Source: Epiperipatus broadwayi (taxonomy: Eukaryota; Animalia; Onychophora). From it: DNA of 64,000 nt. This document shows positions 53,667 to 64,000 of the stretch, one piece after another. Position numbers and translations under genes: made by a program. The notes beneath the pieces are model-generated. The model was given only the letters and a program-made list of their open reading frames with translations. It was not told the origin of the DNA and did not search any database. How positions within the stretch are numbered: position 1 is the stretch's first letter; every line of letters starts with the position of its first letter. The DNA lies in assembly GCA_028023455.1 (NCBI GenBank), contig JAQFVV010000009.1, forward strand, positions 310,001-374,000, written 5' to 3'.

Positions 53667-56160
53667 GTCAATCTGATACTCAGATTGAGCTTCACAGCCC
53701 ACTCCAATCTCGCACCACCAAACCAAATTCAAACTTCATCCTTACACAAATATATGCACTTATTAATATATATTTTTTGCTTTAATTATTAAAATAACCA
53801 TGATATAGATATTTATTAATATATTAATTTAAATATCTTAAATAAATAAATATTTTATATTATTTGGAGTCATATATGTGCGTAATGGATATGTATATAT
53901 CATGGGTAATGGGAGATTAATTGTAAAGTAATTATTATATCAAAATATATTATGTTAGCTTGTATATTTAAAATTTTATATAAAACATTATTTATTTTAG
54001 TAATGGCAGTGAAAAAAATATGATGCAATCCTGCCGAATATTCTCGAATGCAATTAAATCAATTAACAGGAAATCCATTAGTCCAAGTTAAAAATAGGAT
54101 AATGTTATCGAAATAATGTGAGACCCATTAGTGGAAATTTTATCCATTTCAAATTAGTTTTAAAATCTAAAATTACATTTTAAAACAATCATTCGAGAAA
54201 TTTTACCAGGATTGTATTGTTTTATAACTTACAAGAACAAAAGTATGCATCTGCTCTGCAAATTGCAGATCGATAAAGTACGTAAGGTGCCTCAAGATGA
54301 TTACTACAAGCATTCCAAAATAACTTGCAAAAACATAAAAATAGTGCTGGACTTGAATACCCCAGGAGAACATCTATTTTCATAAAAGCAATGGGAAGTC
54401 AAATCCATGCTTGTTTTACCTTTAAATCAATGTTCCATGAGTAGAGGAAACTTCATCTTCCTCGCCATTCAAAAAATGCAGTCTCTTCCAAAATCATCAC
54501 CCAGGATCTACGGACCCATGAACTAATTATGGACTTAAACATTAGATAATGGAATGCTGCTTGTCTGATAAACCAGAATAAAAACTAGATCTAGTCTATG
54601 ATGAATGTTACAAATAACCAAGGACCACTACTACTAATGGATTGAGGTAATAAATTCATGCTGCCACTTATAATTCATAAACTCTCATTAAATCACTTCA
54701 ATCTTAATCTGAATTTCTTGCTTAACCATTTATTAAATGTATTGTAACTCTTTTAGCTGATCTTGAGATCAGAAATTAATTATCAATTTAAAATGATTTG
54801 TAAACTATTACCTGCTTTTAAATATGTATTTAACTCTCTATAAACTCTCTATCATTGAGCCTCTATTAAATAATAATAATTTCTTATTTCACTTTCATGC
54901 AGCAATAATATTCGTATTTTTATTATTATATTTTATATTTTTATATAATATGCCAATAATCTTCTAAATTCACAAGTATGTTTGCTCTCTTTTCTAAATC
55001 CCCCCCCCCCTTTCATGGGGATATCAATTAAGTTTTAGTTAAAAACAAGTTTTGTTATTTTCATTACAGCAGACACTTGCCAATTTGGAGGGAAACACTT
55101 TAATTATATCGTAATGTTATAGTGGAAAAACAGAGTAGAAATCTGTTTTTCAAAGAAATGTTTTGTTTTCAAGATTAAAATAATAGCGCTAGTTTTAAAA
55201 TCATAAAATGTGTTTATTTAAACTTAAATATTTTGCTCGATTAACAACCACCATCTATTTCCTATATATGTATAATTATTTGTAAAATACAAGAAAAGCA
55301 CTTAGAACCGAATATTCATATTTTGTTTCAACGTTTGTGGGGAAATGATATATGTAAATTAATATAATAAGGGAAGGGGGATTCTCAGTTCGCAATAGAG
55401 TAATATCTTCTCATTTAATTTAATCTGTCCATACTGTTTAGTAACCTAATCATACCATTATGCTGGATATTCAAAAATATATAGGTATTAATTAATTAAG
55501 TTGTATTTTAAAAAGTTTTATATGCATGTTAATCCAAGCGTTGCATGCATACTGGCTCCTTGTTCATGTTTATATATATATATATTGTGCTTCGTTCCTC
55601 GGATGTATTGGAAAGCCAAACCCCATCTCGTATATCCAAGTCCAAGAACAAGGCTCTTAAATCCCCCTTGGGACTTAATTTTGTCACTTGAGATAACTGC
55701 ATAGGAACACTCCAAGAAAAACCAGCCTATTGCATCTCACAGCTGACTGTTCATCGTTCAGTGAACCGATTCCGCCAAAGTAGCAGAAAGAAATCGGTCA
55801 CCAATCTTCATTTCCTTCATGAAAACTCTCAAGTACCTTCTAAGATCTGAGACTGGATCACATAAATACGCCATCCTGCACCCACCACTCTCTTATGAAT
55901 ATCCCTAAGCCATAATGTTCTGATTCTAATAAAAAAGATTTCTTTATCATTTATTAATATTTTCATGTGTGCATCATTTTGCATTGCAGTTATATCTACT
56001 ATAAATTAGCTCTCCCACATAAATTTTCTTCTTCAGCATAAGCTGAGATTATATCATTTATTAATGTTAATCATATTTTTATAATAAATTCAATAATCCT
56101 AAATAATCAGTCAAGTGCTATTTTTTCTCTCTAGGGGTGGACTAAAGATTCATTTATATA
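53667..56160 (+). repeat. Long direct repeat, copy 1 (about 2.5 kb)
   Basis: Colinear with 59075-61829 from gtcaatctgat to ctaaagattcatttatata. Many substitutions and small indels. Confidence 0.92.
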
Positions 56161-58035
56161 CTAGTATATAGCACTATTAAAACTATTTATAAATATTGTA
56201 ATTCATCGATTATTGGCATATGAATCAGCTGCACTAAAATAAAGCAATGAATATATTTTCAATTTCTTAAGTTGTAAAAGATAAATCTCATACTATATAA
56301 AATGTAAGAGGCCAATGATAATTAATGAGGGGTCATTATAATCAAATTACTCATATTTATTTTATTGACATTAATAAATCATATATATAACTAAACTTTC
56401 AGAATCATTGTTTCTTTTATTTAATAGATATTATATCTTGATTATATAAATTGTGTAATATGACTAGATGATATCCCGCTAACCTGAAATAAATAATCTG
56501 AATGGTCACAATCATTAGATATGTTAATTTGTGATATAACTATACTAAAAAGGGTTTCATAATATTATTTCCAATTAGAGTCTCTTTGTGTCTCCGCTTT
56601 GCGATGCCGGTGGAGATAAAATTAGATCGGTATCATCGGAATTGTTGCTCATAAGTTAGAAAATCTGGAAAATAGGGCAGAGTTCATGAGTGTTCCTGAC
56701 TTATGTATCTTGTGCATGATTGTACTCGAGATACTTTTGCCTATATGCCAGATTGTGTTATCTGATCAGACAAAACCAACCGGTACAGGTTTTTTTCCCC
56801 CTGGGTTTGGCATGCCAACGAGATGATGAAACATTTAGTATGTAGATAGTGTTTTTCTTGAATACTTAACATATATGTAAAAAAATTTTCCCCAGGTTTG
56901 CTGCTGTAACATGGGCCAAACAATAAATAAGATATACTCTGAGTAATGGATTTTGTATACATGTAGTAAAAAAAAATATATGTATAAATTTTTTTACCCC
57001 ATGTTTGGATGTCCAGTCATGAGGCTCTTAGATATCCTCACATCCTGCAGCACCTTGTATAGTATTTCAATATATATATGTGTATAAAAAAAATTTTTTT
57101 TTTCTTAGTTTGAGCACCCAATTCAGATGATCTTCGAATATTGTCTACATCCTGAACAAGTCATTATTAATCTATATATATATAATTTTTTTTTTTTTAG
57201 TAATAATGTTGAGCATATATGTAATTTTTTTTTCCATGAATAATGTTCAGTATATATGTAGTCTTTTTTTCCATGAATGTTTAAATATATATGTATAATT
57301 TTCTCGGGTTTGTGAAAGAAAAGTCGTGGCAGCTTTTGAATACTTTCAACACCCATAATAAAATATAAAAAGATGTGCTCCAAATAATAATGACAATTTT
57401 TTTTAAATTTTTTTTTATTGTATTGTAAATTTGAATTGCGGTACAGCCTTCATAAATAAAAAGATGTATTGTATGAGTATATAAGAATATAAAAACAGAT
57501 CATCTAGTCAAACATAATATAAATAATGTAAAAGACAGAAGTCCAATAGTGCCTGGTAGTAATACCACTATAAATTTTGCCAAACAGGCGGTAAATTGAA
57601 TAAAAAAAATAAAATGCCAGAAACAATGATTCAGATTTAAATTGAGTTATATAGGGAGTTTTCTTCTAAGAATTTATGTACTATATGCATATTTACTGAA
57701 AATAATCTAATAAACAAATTGTTAAGTATGTTTCAGATGCAGAAGAACAACCAAAGCAAAAGACTGAAAAAAAAAGAAAGGTTAGTTAATAATAATATTT
57801 GAATATATAAATGTTAGAATTAGACTACTTAAGAAATGCAAAAATAAAAGTCAAGTATAGTAGCAATAATAAATAAAATGAACAAGTATAGATTGGGATA
57901 TGGGGAATGGAGGAGTATGATGAGAAGTGGGAGCATTGGGAGACTGGGGGGAGGGTGTGTCACTCCAAAAAAAAAAAGAAAAAGTTGTAGAATTAATAAT
58001 CATATTTTACGTTTCTGAAAAAAAAAAAGAATAAA

Positions 58036-58768
58036 ATGGATCATCAAATAACAGCAGAGTGGGATCAAATAATAGAAGAGATAGTGCACTGCATGTGTGA
58101 GAAAATAGAAAAGATAATCGCATTAGTAGAGGGTGAAGTAATGGCAAGATACCAAGAGGATATGATAAACTTACTACTCAAATGGGAATCTATAAATGAA
58201 ACAGACAAGAAACCACAGTACAGGATGATAAAACTTAGTAGATGAAAAATACAAAAAAGAAAAGACCCTGGAAAAAGTGAAAGAGAAAGTAAAGGAATTT
58301 GAAACTGAAGACACTATAGGGATGTTTGATAGTCAGATCTTGAGGCTAGATGAAATTCTACCTTCAGCACTGATTAAAAAGACCTTAGATGAAAACTCTA
58401 AGCAATTGGAATTAGAATCAGGGGGTACTATTGACACTTCAAAAAATTTGAACAACCGCCTTATTAAAGATCTTGAAGATAACTTTAGGTATATGCTTAA
58501 TAGCAACAGTTTTTCTAACTTTGAAACCAAATGTGAAAATGTTCTTCAAGCCCCAGAAGAGTTTTGTAAATTCAACATTTTTGAGAACTCTATTGGACAT
58601 ATTATGAAAAGTATTAGGTATAATATTATGTTAGGAAATCAAATTACTGACATAGAAGACATGACTGGTTTCCTTACATCAGTATACTATGAGCATCTTG
58701 CCCTGGAGCCATTCAAAAGGGTAATGAAACATGACATACCTCCAGATGAAGGAAAAGACTGTAGATAA
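58036..58768 (+). pseudogene. Unassigned frameshifted ORF pair (about 240 aa if joined)
   Basis: The 69-aa and 163-aa ORFs overlap: the frame of the second is open from 58232 (NLVDEKYKKEKTLEKVKEK). One extra base in the A-run at 58230-58233 separates them. No motif recognised. Confidence 0.4.
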
Positions 58769-60845
58769 AGCTGGATGGACAGTATATAAAAATAAATAAA
58801 AGATAGACAAATGAAAACAACTAAAGAGTTTGGACCACGATCACAAAAATTATAGAATAAATAATTCGTATATATTTTTTAACATCCATAAAATGTCAGC
58901 AGCAAAAGGAAAGTAGAAAATGTTTAAGAATAAGTTAATGATAGTCAGATAAAAAATTTTTTACAGACATCCTCAGGTCAAAGCAGGTTGTTCTTTTGTC
59001 ACCGAAGCATGAAGTAAAAGATGTTTTTTAAAAAAAAATTTGTCCTTCATCATAAGTTGGGGAAAATGGAAGTGGTCAATCTGATATTTAGATTGAGCTT
59101 CATAGCCCACTCCAATCTCCCACCACCAAACCAAATTCAAACTCTATCTTTAGGCGAATATATGCACTTATTAATACATTTTTTTGCTTTAATTGTTAAA
59201 ATAACCATGACATAGATATTTATTACTATCTTAATTTAAATATCTTAAATAAATGTTTTATATTATTTCAAGTTGTATATGTGCACAATGGATATGTATA
59301 TATCATAGGTGATGGGAGATTAATTTTAATTATTATATCAAAATATATTATGTTAGCTTGTATATTTAAAATTTTATATAAAATATTATTTATTTTAGTA
59401 ATGGCAGTCAGAAAATATGATGCAATCCTGCAAAATATTTTCGAATGCAATTAAATCAATTAACTAAAAATATGACAATTTTATCAAAATAATGTAAGAC
59501 CCATTAGTGTTCATTTTATCCATTTCAAATTAGTTTTAAAATATAAAATTATATTTTAAAACAAACATTCAAGAAATTTTAGCAGGATTGTAATTTTATA
59601 ACTTACAAGAACAAAAGTGTGCATCTGGTCTGCAAATTGCAGATCGATAAAGTATGTAAAGTGCTTCAGGATGATTACTAAAAGCATTCTAAAATAACTT
59701 GCAAAAACATATAAATAGTGCTGAATTTGAATATCCCAGGAGAACAGCTATTTTTATAAAAGCAATGGCAAGCCGAATCAACTCTCGTTTTATCTTAAAT
59801 CAATGTGCCATGAGTAGAGAAAACTTCATCTTCCTTGCTGTTCAAAAAATGCAATCTCTTCCAAAATCATTACCCAGGACCTATGGACCCATATCTGCCT
59901 GACAAACCAGAATAAAAACTAGATCTAGTCTACAATGGATGTTACAAATAACCAAGGACCACTACTACTAATGGATTGAGGTAATAAATTCATGCTGCTG
60001 CTTATAACTCATAAACTCTTGTTAAATCACTTCAATCTTAATCTGAATTTATTGCTTAACCATTTATTAAATGTATTGTAACTCTTTTAGCTGATCTTGA
60101 GATCAGAAATTAATTATCAATTTAAAATGATTTGTAAATTCTTACGTGCTTTTAAATATTTATTTAACTCCCTATAAACTCTCTATTAAATCTCTCCTAT
60201 CATTGAACCTCTATTAAATAATAATTTCTTATTTCACTTTCGTGCAGCAACAATATTCGTATTTTATTATTATATGTTATATTTTTGTATTTTGAAATAG
60301 TATGCCAATAACCTCCTAAATTTGTAACATTGTTCACTCTCTCTTCTAAATCCCCTTCCCCTTCTTTTTATGAGGAGATATGTTGTCTCTCTCTTCTAAA
60401 TCCCCCCCCTCTTTTCATGAGGAGATCAATTAAGTTTTAGTTAAAAATAAGTTTTGTCTTCAAGATTAAAATAATAGTGCTAGTTTTTAAAAACATAAAG
60501 TGTGTTTATTTAAACTTAAATATTTTGCTTGATTAACAACCACCATCTAATTCCTATATATGTATAATTATTTGTAAAATACAAGAAAAGCACTTACAAC
60601 AAAATATTCATATTTTGTTACGTTTGTGGGAAGTGATATATGTAAATTAATATAATAAGGAGAGGGGGGATTCTTGGTTCGTGATAGAGTAATATCTACT
60701 CATTTAATTTATCTGTCCATACTGTTTACTAACCTAATCATACCATTACACTGGATATTCCAAAATATATAGGTATTAATATATTAAGTTGTATTTTAAA
60801 AGTTTTATATGTATGTTATTCCAAGTGTTGCGTGCATACAGGCTA

Positions 60846-60973
60846 CCTCAGTCATGTTTATATATATATTGTACTTCGTTCCTCAGGACCTCGGTCATGT
60901 TTATATATATATTGTACTTCGTTCCTCAGGACCTCGGTCATGTTTATATATATATTGTACTTCGTTCCTCAGG
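60846..60973 (+). repeat. 43-bp tandem repeat, three copies
   Basis: cctcggtcatgtttatatatatattgtacttcgttcctcagga starting at 60846, 60889 and 60932. Single copy in the paralogue near 55555-55600. Confidence 0.95.
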
Positions 60974-61241
60974 TGTATCGTAAAGCCGAACCACATCTCA
61001 TATAACTAAGTCCAAGAACAAGGCTCTTAAACCCCCTTGGAACTTATTTTGTCACTTGAGATAACTGCATAAAAAGCTCTGAAAAAAAACAGCCTATTGC
61101 ATCTCACAGTAGACTGTTCGTCATTCAGTGAACCGATTCTGCCAAAGTAGCAGAGAGAAATCGATCACCAATCTTCATTTCCTTCATGAAAATTCTGAAG
61201 CACTTTCTAGGATCCGAGATGGGATCACATAAATACACCAT

Positions 61242-61508
61242 AAACAAAGCAAAGCAAAACTCCATATAGTGGTGCCACCTGTGCTAAACAGAGTAATCAA
61301 TGGATGCCAGAAGGCTTGTGCATAAAATCCCTATCTAATGCCTACTCATCCAATATCCCCAGACTAGTTTCTGGCTTGTGGCCTTCGTCAGTGAGGAGCT
61401 TTGGATCCGAGAGCACAGGTGGCACTACTATATAAGGTTTTGCTTTGCTTTGTTTATAAACAATTATGTGCTTATTGGAGATGTGATCATGTGATGCTTG
61501 CTGGTTTA
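61242..61508. mobile_element. Hammerhead/PLE-type family 1 insertion with intact ribozyme core
   Basis: 44-bp inverted arms (61242-61285 and about 61412-61455) plus tail. TSD ataaatacaccat (61229-61241 and 61509-61521). Empty site ataaatacgccat at 55862-55874. Confidence 0.92.
61356..61397 (-). ncRNA. Minimal type I hammerhead ribozyme, family 1
   Basis: TCCTCA-CTGACGA-A-GGC-CACAA-GCC-A-GAAA-CTA-GTC^TGGGGA. Stem I TCCTCA/TGGGGA, stem II GGC/GCC, palindromic stem III ACTAGT. Predicted cut between 61362 and 61361. Confidence 0.78.
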
Positions 61509-62375
61509 ATAAATACACCATCATGCACGCACAGCTCTCTTAAGTTTTGTTCCAAATAAAACCTATGAATATCCCTAAGCCGTAATATTCTGATTCTACT
61601 AAACAGATTTCTTTATCATTTATTAATATTTTCATGTGTGCGCCATTTTGCAACACAGTTATATCTACTATAAATTAGCTCTCCCACACATGTTTTCTTA
61701 CTCAGCATAAGATGAGATTATTTCATTTATTAATGTTAATCATATTTTTATAATAAATTCAATAATCCTAAATAATCAGACAAGTGCTATTTTCTCTCTC
61801 TAGGGGTGGGCTAAAGATTCATTTATATATTTGTATTGAAACAGAAACTTTCCAGTCCTTTCCATTTCACCATCAACCTAATGACCTACTTGTCTGAACT
61901 AGTTTCAAACCTATTTTAAATGTCAAAATGTGATATATAAGTCGAGCGGTAATATTTGCTATCATGGCTGCCTGAATGGCATCATCCATTTACATACGAA
62001 AGTACACTATAATTAGACAGGATTGATAAAATTATAGCATAGAAATGCTCATAATTTGGTATAGAATGTTTTATTAATTTATAAGTCAATTCTGAATTTT
62101 ATATTTGTACTCGTATGTGGATGGATAATTTAAACATTGGAATAATGGCATAATGATTTGTATATATATTTAAGATTAAATAAAAATAGTATAAAATGTT
62201 TTCTTTAAAATATGTTTGCGATTTTCTGATTTAATGTTTTATAGATATAACAGAAACTAAAGTATTTTTTATAAGATCTGTCAAATTTGCTTTTTTTTAA
62301 ACAAACAATATAGAGAAAGTAAAAATCAGTCATATATCACATGACCTATAAAGCTTGTATTACCAATATGTAATT

Positions 62376-62601
62376 TATAAAGAGCCTGCTACTAGCTCTA
62401 AACAAGCTTTTTTTTTTTTGATAAATGCTACAAGAGAAAATACATGAAGATTTTATCTATGATGGTTCCCATTCCCAGACCGGTGCTCGAAACCGGTCTG
62501 GGAATGGGAACCATCATAGATAAAATCTTCATGTATTTTCTCTTGTAGCATTTATCAAAAAAAAAAAAAGCTTGTTTAAAGCTAGTAGCAGGCTCTTTAT
62601 A
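62376..62601. repeat. Near-perfect 109-bp-arm hairpin with a hammerhead 3' half at its centre (family 3)
   Basis: Arms 62376-62484 and 62492-62601 with one substitution and one homopolymer length difference. Loop gctcgaa. Centre reads GCTC-GAAA-CCG-GTC-TGGGAA. Confidence 0.9.
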
Positions 62602-63257
62602 TATTAAATATAGAAAAAGAAAATATGTTAAAAGTTATTTATATCAAGTTAAAATAAAAGTCATCGGTTTATAATTAAAAATGGGAATTTTGTGTAAACA
62701 AAAAATCAATTAGTGACCGCACCTGGGTTGGGTAAAAGTAAAATTTAGTTTACTAATTGAATTTGTTTGCCACAAAAGAATTTATCATTAATCAGAATAC
62801 CATTTCTATCTGCTAGGCCTTAAAAATTTATAACACCTAAAAAAAAATATATAATTAATGAAATCGGAATCAAAATTATATAATTTATATATTTAATTAA
62901 AATTTTTTTAAAGTAAATGAAATATAACACCTCAGAGACATTATCAGTAGTAGAAAATCAGATTCTATGATTTTGTTTAATTAAAAGTCAATTGGTCCTG
63001 AGGCAAATGAAATTCCAAAAAAGTGTTAAGGCTTGGTAGTTGGAAATGTATAAATAGGCTAGATTTTAGCGGGAAAGAAAAAATGCCATTTTTCTTTGAA
63101 GAGCTTTTACTATCCAAGCTAAAATTGTTAATTTCACTATGTTCTGCTGAAAAAGGCAAGAATTTGCTGCCTTTCCTGTGATGGAATGTCAGAGTTTGAT
63201 CCACCCTAGACTGAAACAACAACCAACGTTGCCCTAATAAGCTTATAACAAATAGAA

Positions 63258-63440
63258 GATGCCATTAGGCCGCTAAAAGAACTCACTTTCATTCCAATTC
63301 AACTACCCCAATCCAGCTATAGGAATACCATCTTAAATCGTCTCCCAACTAGAGGATGCCATAAACCGTTAAAAAGAACTCATCTTCATTCCAGCTCGAG
63401 TATCTCCAGTTCAGTTATAGAAGGACCGTTTTAAAATTAA
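63258..63440 (+). repeat. Diverged tandem duplication of about 97 bp in an LTR-like island
   Basis: gatgccat...taaaaagaactca..ttcattcca occurs near 63259 and 63356. gtataaatagg near 63048. Confidence 0.6.
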
Positions 63441-64000
63441 TTAAAATCACAGAGCTCTGTGTGAAATCCAAAATGATCATGATTTCTTTAAAATACAGGT
63501 TAGCTAACTATATTAATGTAAATTCTGTCTAAATTGTCTTCTAAATAATATTTGAATACTATAAATGACCTACTTATGCTAAATTTCTTTATTAATTTAA
63601 TGTTTTGCTATATAACTTAATCACTGCAGTTATATTTACTTTTCTTTTGCTTATTTTAATTATTATTAATTATGCCTACGTTTCGAAATGGCATGCATTT
63701 AATTACAGAATATGTTTTTTTTTAAGATATAATTTAAAATCTTCGTATTATTATTTATTATAGCGTCATTTTACGCGCTGTTTTGAAACCCTATTTTATA
63801 AATAATGGCGACCCTTTTGTGCTCGTTGTTATTTTGTCATTTGCAAATTAATTAATATAAATATAAAATGTGGCTTATAAATCCAGATTTTCAGCCTTTA
63901 ATTATTATGTTACTAAAAATTAAACTAGCCTGGAATGTAATCATAAGTATATTTTTCTTATTAAAGTATTCGTAAGTCTCTTAAATATACTCCCCCCCCC

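Larger units (their letters stand above)
59075..61829 (+). repeat. Long direct repeat, copy 2, with extra tandem triplication and hammerhead insertion
   Basis: Homologous to copy 1. Extra sequence at 60846-60973 and 61242-61508. Confidence 0.92.

Noticed and set aside
60846-60973. CRISPR-like regularly spaced repeats
   Set aside because: Head-to-tail units with no unique spacers, in a eukaryotic context.
63780-63830. TGGCGACC as a PBS of an LTR element running off the window
   Set aside because: No preceding CA terminus or downstream gag visible.

Overview
Very AT-rich eukaryotic (animal, invertebrate-like) genomic DNA, not prokaryotic, so most short ORFs in the track are noise or transposon remnants. 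The window holds the last four coding exons of a minus-strand AGPAT5-like acyltransferase gene (42889-42799, 39519-39355, 28981-28858, 12206-11978), with introns of 3.3, 10.4 and 16.7 kb. I could not find the upstream exons, so 42890-64000 is probably intron too. The introns and downstream flank are full of transposons: three decayed Mag-type Ty3/Gypsy LTR retrotransposons (one complete with LTRs, PBS, PPT and a 5-bp TSD), RTE-type LINE remnants, two hAT MITE copies, probable solo LTRs and a tRNA-derived retrocopy. The most interesting signal is a set of short, ORF-less fold-back insertions carrying minimal type I hammerhead ribozyme motifs of the Penelope-like (PLE) kind, in three sequence families. 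Family 1 has five copies, each with a 13-15 bp TSD. One copy (61356-61397, minus) has an intact CUGACGA/GAAA/GUC core. Several fold-back points lie at the ribozyme's palindromic stem III. Also notable are a 930-bp foldback of a 338-bp unit with a matching empty site, an inverted RNase H segment inside a Gypsy pol, and an unassigned frameshifted ORF between two 2.5-kb direct repeats. All coordinates and alignments were read by eye.
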